DNA of 64,000 nucleotides from Azolla caroliniana (taxonomy: Eukaryota > Plantae > Polypodiophyta). Positions 1 through 11,949 of the stretch are shown here, piece by piece; position 1 is the first letter of the stretch, and each line of letters starts with the position of its first letter. Where the stretch lies: the NCBI GenBank assembly GCA_043228905.1, contig JBHGNT010000007.1:7688001-7752000 (forward strand). Reading direction: 5' to 3'. The position numbers and the translations under genes are program-made. The notes beneath the pieces are model-generated. The model made no database searches. It saw only the letters and a program-made list of their open reading frames with translations, and was not told the origin of the DNA.

Positions 1-1106
1 TGTTAAACTTGTAACTCTAGCTCCTCTACTTTGAATTTGATGATCACCCCCTTGGAGTAACTCAAATAGTGAAACTTTACTCAATGAGACATAGGCTGCC
101 TCCTATGACATTGTGGTGATGGCTATAAGTGGTATGATCCCTCCATATCATACCGCCATCTCTTTTCTACATTAGAAATACAAACAACTAAAAAATTTTA
201 ACAAAGCCTATTGGTAATAGTGCTGCTCAATAGAGATTCAGTACCAGCTAATGAGTCATGGTAGATCAGTGGAACCTAAAGGGTTGAAAGAGTAGCTTTT
301 GAAAGACACAGCAAAAACCATACAACATAGATCCTGTCCTGCATATGTGAAAAAAAGCAACTATAACATGTAGAAAATATGTTAATTTAAGGCATACACA
401 TTAAAGATCACTTAGTCCCATGCCTCTTGAGAGAGCATAGGTTCTTTCCTGTACTGAGTTCTATCTTCTTAACAAGATCAAGGGTGGCAGAAAATCATGT
501 TCACCATAAGCTTATCATCTGTAAAAACATCATCTTAGGTGTTATATTTACATATCATTCTCCAATTTGTCAGTGACTACAAACATAAGGAATTATTTCT
601 TCATTTCATCACCATGATGATGACCAAAACATTGCCAGCAAAATACATGGTAATTCAATAGATTCCCAAGCTCAATATCTTTCTCAAATGCTGTTAAACA
701 GAAATTTTACTGACCTAGTAAACAGGGTAGTATAGAAGATTCTCCATGGTATAATTCTCATAAAATTATGGAACAAAAACCAAAGAGGGAACACCCAGAA
801 ACAGAAAATTGTTCAGATACCAAGTAAATCGTTCAAAAGCCAGTACAAACTATATGATGCTCACCTATTGGTCTTGCCAGACCACAGGAAAAGAGCCTTA
901 CATGTTTTTATGAACTACAAGAAGGAAACATTTATTTTATGGAAAGCAAAGCCAATTGCCATAAACCGTAGATGAAGCTAGGCCCTAGCCATACCTAGGG
1001 GCAAAGCTGCAAACCATGATTAATCATTCCTAAAAACCATGGTCAGAAGGAGTTCCACCGTTAGCCAATGGGCAAATAGCTGTTGCATCTCTCTTTTCTC
1101 TTTAGT

Positions 1107-1622
1107 TTAGAGCTGGCCAGAATCAGCAATAACCACTGGTTTGGAGGTCTTACCGGATTGAGAGCCCACAGCCTCAATTGCCTTCACAACGTTTAGGCCC
1201 TCCACAACGCTTCCAAACACAACATGCTTACCATCGAGCCATGGTGTGGCAACCGTGCAGAGGAAAAACTGGGAGCCATTGGTATTTGGCCCAGCATTGG
1301 CCATGGACAAAACTCCTGGTCCTGTGTGCTTTCGTGAGAAATTCTCATCAGGGAACTTGGCGCCATAGATGGATTCTCCACCAGTTCCATCGCCACGGGT
1401 GAAGTCTCCTCCCTGGCACATGAAGTTCGGGATAACGCGGTGGAATTTGGAGCCCTTGAAGTGGAGTGGTTTGCCAGACTTCCCGACGCCTTTCTCTCCG
1501 GTGCACAGTGCCCGGAAATTCTCAGCTGTCTTAGGGGTGGTATCAGCATAGAGCTCCATAACAATTCTCCCAGCTGGTGCACCACCAATAGTCATATCGA
1601 AGAAGACCTTAGGGTTTGCCAT
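1107..1622 (-). CDS. CYP: Cytosolic single-domain cyclophilin (peptidyl-prolyl cis-trans isomerase, CYP19/ROC-like), 171 aa, intronless CDS
   Basis: [50 protein letters not shown] and [10 protein letters not shown] are canonical cyclophilin motifs; the plant-type loop GKSGKPLH is present. Confidence 0.97.
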   Translation of the reverse strand: MANPKVFFDMTIGGAPAGRIVMELYADTTPKTAENFRALCTGEKGVGKSGKPLHFKGSKFHRVIPNFMCQGGDFTRGDGTGGESIYGAKFPDENFSRKHTGPGVLSMANAGPNTNGSQFFLCTVATPWLDGKHVVFGSVVEGLNVVKAIEAVGSQSGKTSKPVVIADSGQL

Positions 1623-1623
1623 C

Positions 1624-2436
1624 CTACAGTGGTCAATAGAAGAAAATCATACACGGCGTTGTCAATGTATTTTGACCCATAAATGAGTAAGTTCGGTCAG
1701 AAAAGACGAGAAAAATCCAATGGGGGAAATATGCATCATTCTCCGAATGTAAATGTTAGGATGATATCAAAACAGACAGAAAATGAGACAAGAAAAACAA
1801 TATAATTCCTAATTTCTGGCCAATCTGAGGAGACAAACTAGGCGTCGACTCATATTCGGGACAAATAGCGAGACAAAAACCTGAAAGTTTCAAAAACTAG
1901 TAGTAAAGAATCCGATAAATTGCAGGCAGAAACAAACCAATTTAACAACGGGAAAAAGAAACTAATAATTCACAAGGACAAGCGGAAACCGCACAGATGT
2001 AGCAAGAAGGCAAGGAAAAGTTATAGAACAAGTTAAAACAAGATCAGTTGTGGAAAATCTGCAGACAAACTTGAGAGGGGATAGACAAGAACGTAAAAAT
2101 CGCCAAGAAAATCAAACCAAAAAGGAAACGCTGAAGAAGATTTCCCAAAAAAAAAACACAAATTTTATGGAGAATCTGGTACAAAACAACAGGTATTCCT
2201 CCTACACATGTAAAAACAAGAGAAGGAGAAGGTAAGATTAAGAAAGAAACCGGATATAAGAGGACGAACGGGAACCAAAACAAAAAAAAAAGGAAAAAGT
2301 GATGATACGGTTGAAAAAAAAAAACTAAGCTTTGAAGATGTTGCAGGAAAGAAACGAGGGAGACACAGGATGGGAAAGAAAACAAGGGAAAGAGAGAGCT
2401 GAGCTATGGCGGACGCACTAAAACGAGAGAACGGAA

Positions 2437-2471
<35 letters not shown>

Positions 2472-2480
2472 GAGACTGAC
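1624..2480 (-). other. Predicted 5'UTR intron of the cyclophilin gene
   Basis: On - strand: donor AAG|GTCAGT at 2480 followed by a (CT)n tract; acceptor TGTAG|G-ATG at 1624, one base before the start codon; T-rich intron body. Confidence 0.75.
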
Positions 2481-2592
2481 CTTAGCGATTTGAGGATTGA
2501 GGAGCTCAGCGACCTGCAGAATCCGAAGGATTGAGGAGATGGAGAAGAAGAACGCCGACGAAATGCTGCAGAAAAATCAGGGAAAGCTTTAG

Positions 2593-2616
2593 TTTTTATA
2601 GTTCCCCAAACCCTAA
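2593..2616 (-). promoter_or_regulatory. Cyclophilin core promoter: TATA box plus telo-box
   Basis: TATAAAAA on - strand at 2600-2593; AAACCCTAA at 2608-2616; pyrimidine-rich leader exon downstream on - strand. Confidence 0.65.
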
Positions 2617-2619
2617 AAA

Positions 2620-2815
2620 CTAACCATGGTTACCCCCTCCACTCTCTCTCAGATCTCTCTCTGTGTCAGAACTTAACCATGGTTCAGTTACTATTTTGGC
2701 TAACCCCATCCTTACCCATGGTTTAGTTTTAACCATGGTTCAGTTACTATTCTGGCTAAACCCCATTCTTAACCATGGTTTAGTTTTTACCATGGTCCAG
2801 TTACTATTCTGGTTC
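2620..2815. repeat. ~57-bp tandem repeat (about 2.5 units) carrying AACCATGGTT palindromes
   Basis: Recurring ttaaccatggttcagttactatt(c/t)tggctaa-ccccat-ctta(a/c)ccatggtttagtttt unit; six CCATGG cores. Confidence 0.8.
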
Positions 2816-5800
2816 TGGATCTACACAACATCTAATCTACACACACCTAGGGCCTTGTCCTTTGTAGTCAATCGGCCCCGGTCAACGGAAGACCCGAGGA
2901 GCGTGACCTCGCCTCTCTACACGTTCAGGTCTTCGACCAATTCGCTCTACATGGAAATGCATGCTGATGAATGAGTTTTGCCTTGATTCATCGGGTTGTG
3001 AAAGACGTGGGTATTAAGCTCAAGCTAATTCTATCAATAACCAGAGCTTTTTAGTTATAGTCACTGGACATTTTTGCATAGTGCTAATATTACGTGGTTG
3101 TTTGCGAAGCTCACAAGTTTCATTCTTTTTAGCAACAATGACAATTTTGTTCATGTGTAACAATGAGCTACATCATGGCTTGAATATCTTTTACTTGTAT
3201 GTGCAATTGCAAGGTTATCAAACGAAGTTTTATGGCAATATATGAACTGATCCTTGTATGCCAATACATCGGGCATTTGTTCAAACACGTTGAATTTATC
3301 TAGAGCAACGAAAATGGTACCTATGTAACAAAATGTTATGAAACACTGGACTTTGATCAGAATAAAGGTTTGGTCTTGACGATAATAACGCATGAGAGAG
3401 CAAATGAATCTAATCAAGATAAGAGTCTCATAAACAATCCTTATGAACATCGCCAAAAGAAAAGATATTGATAGAAATTTGAATCCTTGTTTTAATTTGG
3501 ACATCAAAGGAGGAGGGTTTCACATGTAAGCATAGTTAGTGTCATTAGCCATGAGTATTCCATGCCACTCCAATTGGTGTTTGTCATCACATCTTAGAAC
3601 CATTATCATGTGTTATTCTCTTTCATTATATGGAATTTGAGACAATATTTATTTGCATTTTTGTCTACTAAACACACTAGATTCTAGAACACATGAAAAT
3701 GACGTGAACTTTATTAGTAGCGAGTTTTCTGTGCTAAGTAAAGATCAATAAAAATGCATACTAAATTTGAGTTGGTATTACTAATGCACGAGCAACTAAT
3801 GTAGCCCAACCAAAAATGGACAATGGTTTGAACAATGGACCTCGAAACGCACAAATCTTATAGTGTACCTACATTTCCAAGTTCTTTATCTCTTCGTAAA
3901 ACGTGACATTCTCTTTGTATTTAGAAATAAGATCATGCAAATAAAAACACACACATTATATGTATGTGTGTGTGTGTGTGCGCGCACACGTGCGCACGTG
4001 CATGTACATTTATGTGTATGTATGACTAAGTGTGTAGGGTGCGTTAATATGTAATGTCATGTTGATCATTGTGGTGATTATCCACCATAAAGGAATACAC
4101 GTGAATTGAGAAGCGCTATATGTTGATCAAAATTCAAGACAAAAGGCATCCATTTGGATATTCTGTTCTTATCCTTCCAACATCTCTACTCTTGTTGTCT
4201 TTCTATAAAAACACTACCTTGTGGTGATAATAAGAGGACATTTCCATGAGACAAAGTTAGTTCAACAAATATCTCGCCCCAACGCGTGCATTACAACCTT
4301 AATGCATTATCCATGTGAGTTGATAATTCACAAAATATCTTATGTCGTATATAGAAATTTATATGAACATGTTTTAATTCGGCACGTCACATGACAAGAC
4401 ATATTGTGTTGGTTTCCAAACATGGAGAACTACAAAGAGAAGTAAAATCTAAGATATTCACTCACAAGCTATAGATCCCACGGTTCACATCCCACTTGCA
4501 AATTGTAGATAGAATTGTACCTACAATCAAGCATCATAAGTCGATAGAAAGTGAACTTGATTGTGGCTTTTCTATTGTGTATAAGAAGGCGAATACAATA
4601 ATCTAAAATCTAAATCACATTTCTTGAACTTCGAGTCAAGTCTAAACCATGTTCCTCTCTTTGACCAAAATTGCTTGTCCACTCTACTCCAACCAATAAA
4701 CTAAAACTTTGAAGAAGATCGTTCACGCAGTTATACCAAACGTGGACATGACAACAATGTAAATAGTGTGTACTAAAACCCTTGTAATTTTGTATTTATT
4801 TTAAATAGATAACCAAATAATCCTATGGTGCAAAGAATAAGGATTGATAACATGTTTTAATAAATAATTTGTACTAGTTTCTAATAAACCGATAGGTGTA
4901 ATGTCGATGCTCATAAAGAGACATAACTCTACATGGTAGCCATACAAAAGCCATGACACAACTATGCAATATATATGGCCCTCCATGCACACGCACATGT
5001 GCTTCCTAGCCATGCATTACTTAGATTGGCTATCTCTATATGCTAGGTTGATAGTTTGGCTATAAATAATATACATCACTCCCCACTTTCTAAAGTTCTA
5101 CTAGCTACTTATCTACATGTGATACTCATTGATGACCTAGTGTATTATTAGCCATTGTCTAGTTGACATAATGAAGTCATGCACATCTTTTATAACGTTG
5201 TCCTTGCATTGTCTCATTAATATATCCTTGTACGATGTTTATAGATCACTCGCATTAGAATAATAGTGCAATACTTTGGGGAAATTCCCAAATATCCACG
5301 TGAAATTTCTTTTACTTCTCAAAATGTCGTCATTGAACCAACCAATGTAAAGAGAAAAGAGGAGTGATTTGTGAATTCAGCTATAGAATGAATAACACTA
5401 CTTTCTTGTATCCCTTGGCCTTTTGCTCTAGAGTTGGAAGACAAGGATTTGAGATTATATGATCTCCACCACCTGAAAGATGGTGCACTACCATGATATA
5501 TATCCTGCGGATTTGACAATTCATTACAGTTATCGAAATAAAGAAAGCTTAAGGATATTGTGTGGTTCTCCGCAATATGTTTAGGCAAACCAAGTAATAT
5601 GGTCTCTAATATTTCACATCCAAATGAAAACTTGGGGGTATTTCGAGGTTCACAAATTTCTACTCAATTTTCCTTATTCTTCGTACATTTTGGCAAATGT
5701 ATGAAATTGATACATTATTGAAACACTTAATGATTTTATTGTTGATATTTTCGAGGTTTTTGTTGTGAGACAAACACTAGGCAATCGTAGGCTCCATTGG

Positions 5801-6939
5801 AGGATCCACTTTATGGGTTCTTACCCTTTTGGGTCCCCCGAAGGGATATGGTATTGCCACAAGGCACTGTAGTTATTTTTCCTTATTGAAAAGGAAAAGA
5901 ACCCTATATTTATGTCATGTCCGATTAGGCAATGGCAATCATGGTGATTTATATGTATATGGCTTTCAGTGTTATGAATAGAATACTTACATTTCCTTTT
6001 GTTTCATTTGGATATCGATGTAATGACTACAAAATGTTCTTTTATTGTGTGTGAAATGTTTCTCACTTTCCTTTTATTTCCCATTAGAAAATCGTATAGA
6101 CTAAACAATACTATCAAAATATTATTGTATATTATGTGCGTTGGAGAGATGCCTTCTATTACATTTCATGACACTAAAAATATTTTCATACAAAGAAAAT
6201 CATTTTGTTTGTTAAGTAAAGACATTGCTTGTCAATTTTAGAAGTGTTCACTTGGTGATTGACGGAAGAAATGTTCATGCACATTGCTCCTAATACACTT
6301 CATCTTGATTATACCATTGTAATTGTGTATTTAGAATTGGAGCATCCAATGGTACTCAAACAATGTCCTTATCAAATTTTGGAGAAATGGTCTTGAGCGT
6401 ATCATATACTTCATTCCTCCAAGCCTCTCTAAAGTGATTAGTTAAGTATAGCTCATTCGTCTCCCATGTACTTCATTTGAGTTTAAACACATGAATTAAG
6501 CCTAGGAGTACTACACATATACATGGAAGTTCCACTATCGTCAAACAATTATGGTTCAATCCAATTTGGTTCGAGCAAAGATTGATATCTTATTCAAGGC
6601 CTTAAGTTCAACAATTGTATCATTTTTAATGTGCACGAGGATATCTAAATTCAACTCTTACCAACCCTTCACGGGGGAGGGGGAAGGAGAAGTGCTACCA
6701 TACCCTTTCTCATTCGACCTCCAATGCTCAATGAGGTCTATGTTTTTGAGACAACCCCTCAACGCATCATTGGTCTTTTTGTGGCTAGGAGGTATGGAAG
6801 GTGAACCTCGACACCTCTTAAGGGTTCTTGTGAGATATAGAATCCACGATATCCCATGAATTTGTGAACCAATCTTGTTTGGCTTGGCTAGGTTGTGAAA
6901 AAGTTTTTATTTCTTGGAATATATAGGGTAGTCACCTCT

Positions 6940-8400
6940 ACAAGATGGTTGGATGGTAAACACAATCAAAGATGTTTACAAGTCTACAAAAATGATCCTA
7001 GTTTACTTCCACACACCATAAGCAATTGTTTCCTCCTCATTATACACCCTCTCAATAAAACTTAAGCCGCCTAAATACGGGTAATGGATTCTCATAATAC
7101 TTTCAAAGTAATATGGGGGTTAAGCAAACACATCCAACATCACCTACACTCTTTGGTTTAGAAATATTGATGCCCCAGAACCTCAAATTATCTTATTGTT
7201 TTTATATGTGAATGATGTGGTTGTCTTTTCAATAAATGCAAATGGTATGCAATGTTTACTTGAGGTGTTAGAAGCACTAAGCCAAGGTAGTGGACTAAAC
7301 ATGAATGTAGTTAAAACAAAAAATGATGGTAACCAACCTCATTAATACTCTATGCTTACATGTAAGGGAGAACATGTACAAGTATCTTGGTATTGATGTA
7401 TCCGCCACAATCCTTTGGGTTGAGGCTTCAAGCTAGTTGGAAAGGTTATTATATGTTGGAGAATCAATGCAACCAAAGTGATACTCTGAATGGGAAGTGA
7501 AACGAGTGCTATTTAATACCATGGTAACCCAAGTCTTGCTTTAAGGGTAGATGTATCAGATGGCAATATCCCTCTTAATGCATGGAATGAGATTGAGAAG
7601 ATTCATAGTATGTTTTTAAGGAGACAATTGGGAGTCAAATCCATCACCTCCTACTAGGTTGTGCTCTTGGAAATTGGTGTTCCACCCATAGAGATAATGG
7701 GACTACAAAGAGTATATAGATACACTACAAAAGTCAAGAATATGCCAAATCACATGTTACCATGTCTTTCTTGCAAAGTTGGATGTAAGCTACAAATGAA
7801 TCACCAGAACAAAATTCTCTCATCTGGTTGGGTAGTTGACATCAACAATTGGTTCAAAATATGGGGCGTAGAAGATCTATTAGAGCTTCCAAGTAATGTT
7901 ATGCAATGGGTAGTTGTTGAGGCAAGGTTAATGGAACCACCAAGGAATAAGTGGGAAGATGCTAAATGGACAATATTAGAATATTAGGCAAACATGAGTC
8001 GTGAATATTGCATTCAATATAAGGCAAGCATGTTTATTGATTGTATTCAACCTTATTTCATTACCAACATGACTATTAACTCTTGTAGAGCACTCACACT
8101 CTTTCATACTCGATAGCACACTACACAAGCTAGATATGGAGTTGCACCATGGTCCATGTCATCAAAATTCATCAACACATAGTAGAGGATGACTTTCATT
8201 TGTGTTTTTACTTGCTCAACGTGTAGTAGAGGATGAACTCCAATTGTGTTTTTACATGCTCAATTCGTAAAAATCTATGATGACATATTAAGAGGGGGGT
8301 GATAACCTGAGTATCATGCTTAAGACAACACCTTAAGGTTGAGCTCATTTGTGTATGCCTTATTCATACACAGATATAATGTGCTTCAAAGTATGAATAT
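6940..8400 (+). mobile_element. Decayed non-LTR retrotransposon (RTE/L2-like LINE), RT C-terminal part
   Basis: LLFLYVNDVVVFS...GMQCLLEVL...GLNMNVVKTK (YADD-equivalent at 7205-7216); downstream LLEIGVPPIE and a duplicated EDxFHxVFTC-like Zn motif at ~8181-8264; many stops; boundaries approximate. Confidence 0.7.
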
Positions 8401-8842
8401 CCCTTATTAGGAAGGGGACACACATCAAGAAAATTTGTGTACTCGGGTTCCATGGAGATCATGTGGCTCAATGTTGGCGTCTCTATGGATGCTAAACGAA
8501 TACTAATCTATCTATCCATCTATATATCTATCTCTCCCTAATCACTTTATTAATCTCAAGTTATAAGCCTAATCATTGTCTTGTTGAACCATGGAACCAG
8601 AGTGCACAAAATTTATTGTGATTAAAGTAATTAAATCATGCACTAATGGAAGCTTCACCGTGTTTGTGATTTATCGCCTTATTTCTCTTTAATCAAGCGA
8701 CTTGGAGATATCTTGAGAGATCTTAGAGATTGAGGGGTATTTTTGGAAAATGACATCTCTAGCTCATGCACTCCAAACTAAGCAAAATACAACTTCAACA
8801 ATCAAAAGTGAGATCTAGCCCTAGAATAGTTTGTTAATCATA

Positions 8843-8990
8843 CATGTCACGGTAGTTACCGTTAATTCACACCTAAAGCTCTCTGTCAAGCGCTTCAGCT
8901 AGACCTCTCTTCTAATATATATTATACAATTTGTTTATTGTACGTGTCAGGGTAGTTACCACTCATTCGCACCTAAAGCTCTCTGTCAAC
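8843..8990. repeat. Two ~48-bp direct repeats 100 bp apart
   Basis: tgtca(c/g)ggtagttacc..t(a/c)attc(a/g)cacctaaagctctctgtcaa at ~8845 and ~8945. Confidence 0.75.
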
Positions 8991-9129
8991 CTCGATCGAA
9001 TAGAGTCCTCTTGATGTAAGAGGTGCTTGTGCATTTGTGATGCCTTGGAAACAAGGTTTTAATCATGTGGAAGCAATACAAAAAGGAGATTGGATATTTC
9101 CGTTAATGATTGTCTTCCCGAGATTACGT

Positions 9130-10510
9130 TGTCGTGGGGGATTCCAGCTATGAGGAGAAAGGGACCGGATGCGCATGGACGGGGGTCTACAAGGATGCAC
9201 ACGGAAATGTATGAGTGCATGTAGATAACAAAGGACTAGTAAGTACTGGGTAGTAGGATTTAATGGGCACTTTAAGTTCCACATGCATAGAGAATAAGAA
9301 TAATATCCGATACAGGAAATTGAGGGAAATCTTTGCCTGAAAACGGATGGCTTTATGGTGATGCAACGACCTCCCCTTGCCCTATAAAAGGGGAGGTTTA
9401 AGACTGTTTGAGGGATCCATGATCAGGGAGGACGAAGTGTTGTCGGTTTGAGTGCCGAGCTCTCTCTCTTCTCTCTCTATCTTGTGCTCTGTACTGACTC
9501 TAGGAAGAAGAGGAAGCCTCTACTTGCATAGGAAACCCGTGAGCCCCCGATCAGAGGTTCACCGTCTTGACTTTCTGTGTGTGTGTTTCAAGAGCGCGTA
9601 GCTCTAATACCGGGCAGACCGGTTGTACTCTTCTTGCTTTATCTATTTCGTTTCATTGTATCTGATTTCTCTCTCTGTGTTGTGTACACATCACCATTCT
9701 TTCTCCATTGGTGGCTCACGTTTACCTGAGTCTTGAGCCCGCGTGATGGCCGCTCGTTATCCCATGACCGGTCCGAGACAAGACACATATCTGGTCCTGC
9801 ACATCCACTGTCTGGCATCCGAGAACCGATCTGGCGAACATATACGGAAGTCCATCCTATTCCCATCGGCTCCTTGGTCTGAGACCCCCATGATCCCGTC
9901 CCGTTTCGACACATCCACACGGAAAACCGTGACATCTTTGGTGAACCTAACGTGAAAGGGGCGGCAAAGGAGTTCGATAATGAGGGGAAGTGAACTTGCA
10001 GAGGCAATGGCGGCAGCTCTCAATTACCTAGTGAACGCTCGTGAGGGCATGAACACCCTCGATAGAGCCATTGAAGTGATATTCGGCGCGATTGGTCGGT
10101 TCAATGACAAGGACGCAATGAGCTACCTGGAGGCCTACCGGGCCGAAATGATGATGAGGGATATTCCAGAGGACACAAGGTTGGCCGGATTCCCTCCAGT
10201 CCTTATGTTGAGTATCCACGCCGAGGTGCTCGAGGTGCAAGCAGACTGTTGTAACTTGGCAGAATTCGAGGGTCGGCTCCTCGAAAGGTACGACTTCGAC
10301 AACTCACTCCGGCTGCCGAAGAAGGAATTTATGGAGTGGGTCGAGTGCCCTGACAAAGTTCGGAATATGTCGGCGCTTCTTCAGGAGTTTGAGAAGCGGT
10401 TTGCACGACTCTCGACACTAGACCAAATCGTACTCGATATAAGCAAGGTCTTTTTGTTTGTGAAGTCGGTCGACTTGCTCGATCGCGAGAAGGTGGGTGT
10501 ACTCTTGTAT
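9130..10510 (+). mobile_element. Truncated Ty3/Gypsy element: 5' LTR (~9130-9934), tRNA-Trp PBS, gag 5' part
   Basis: TGTCGTGG...CCGTGACA ends; TATAAAA at ~9383; PBS TGGTGAACCTAACGTGAA at 9939-9956; gag-like ORF from 9980 (RFNDKDAMSYLEAY...LLQEFEKRFARL) broken at ~10510. Confidence 0.75.
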
Positions 10511-11470
10511 CGTTGTGGGAAGACAAATTTTTTATTAGTTTTCTAAGAGCATGGGAGCATGTACATAAAGGGTTGGGACATGGTGTACCAACATGTGAGG
10601 AGGAATACTTGAGACAACACTTAGTGTGGAATCTGAATATGCGTTTGCCGTCAGGGCACATGTTGGGGTCCCATATGAGGTTGGATTGGGTCAAGCTCAA
10701 TGCAAGGCTAGGAGCGCTCGTTGATGCATGGAAATCCTTTCATACTTTGCATATAAATGAAAGGTCGTAATTTATTCTTACTTGAGAGGGGGCAAATTAT
10801 GTGGGGCCAAGCGTAGTCGGTTTTGGGGCACTTATCCTCTATGGTATGGTCATTTAATCCTCCCAAGTGGGAAGGGGCATTTACAAGGCTTCAAGTGATG
10901 GTAATATGAACTACGATGGCACAAATGATGTGGCCATATGAGGCATGTCCAAATGATACGATTATTAGAATTCAAAGAGGAAGGATAACGATGGTGCAAC
11001 AAAGTCATATGGAAGCTCCTTATAGGTTAAAGGCAATGCAAGAGGTATGGGAGTTGTTATGCACCACCACAATGTGGTTTATTTGGACTGCTAGATGTTC
11101 TAAGGTGTTTGATAATACTACTATTCATCCAGTGGAAAGTGTACAGAATGTGTGGATGCAGATGGTGCATACCTTGAAAGGGCGGTATGATGAAATTAAA
11201 GGTGAGACAGATGTTGCAGTGTTGCAACGCCTCAAATTTATTGCCTATTGGAAGAAGGCCCCTTTTCTCACACTACAAAATGCAAGACCCATGTGGTGCT
11301 TAGCACCACCAGTATGGTTGTTCCCACCACCAATCACATAACTAGGTTATGGAGTGGTGGAGTGTTGATACTATTTATCCTTTTGGGATGGGGACCCAAG
11401 GAAGAGTGCAACATACCGAGGATAGCTTGACGGTAGGTCAACGTTCTTGTAATAACTATTTATAACTAAT
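10511..11470 (+). mobile_element. L1-type LINE ORF2 3' fragment
   Basis: ORF 10916-11341 has WELLC...MWFIWTARCSKVF, the plant L1 C-terminal W-IW-xRN-xxF motif; upstream FLRAW...LVWN; AT-rich/microsatellite tail after ~11450. Confidence 0.7.
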
Positions 11471-11488
11471 GAAAGGACATTTTCCAAA

Positions 11489-11612
11489 TATACATACATA
11501 CATACATACATACATACACTTGTAATAACTAATGAGAGGATATTTTCCAGGAAAAATATATATATCTATACATACATACATATACACATACATACATACA
11601 TACATACATACA
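11489..11612. repeat. (TACA)n / (TA)n microsatellites
   Basis: Direct reading. Confidence 0.9.
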
Positions 11613-11949
11613 TGATAGATAACTTCCTGATATCCTAAGGAGAAGTAGAGAAGGGTATATGGTGAATTTTGAAAATACTAGGGGCATTTGGAGAATTTCG
11701 ATAATCATGAAGGGGATGGGATGCTGCGGAATTGTTGTTACACAGAGAAAGCAAGAACTGACTGAGCAGTGAGGAGGCCTACGATGGACTGATCGATCCC
11801 CACATGGAGAGGCCTATCTGATGCGACGGAAGTACCTTCCTTGCCCGTTGATAGTGTCCTCATGAATGAGAAGCATTACTGCTCTCATGAAGCTCTATTT
11901 GAAGGAGAAGGAGAGATGAGTGAGAAGCACGGTTGTAGTACAGCCCAAG

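Noticed and set aside
3000-6900. Short ORFs and possible old TE/SINE remnants
   Set aside because: Too degenerate to assign domains or boundaries without a search
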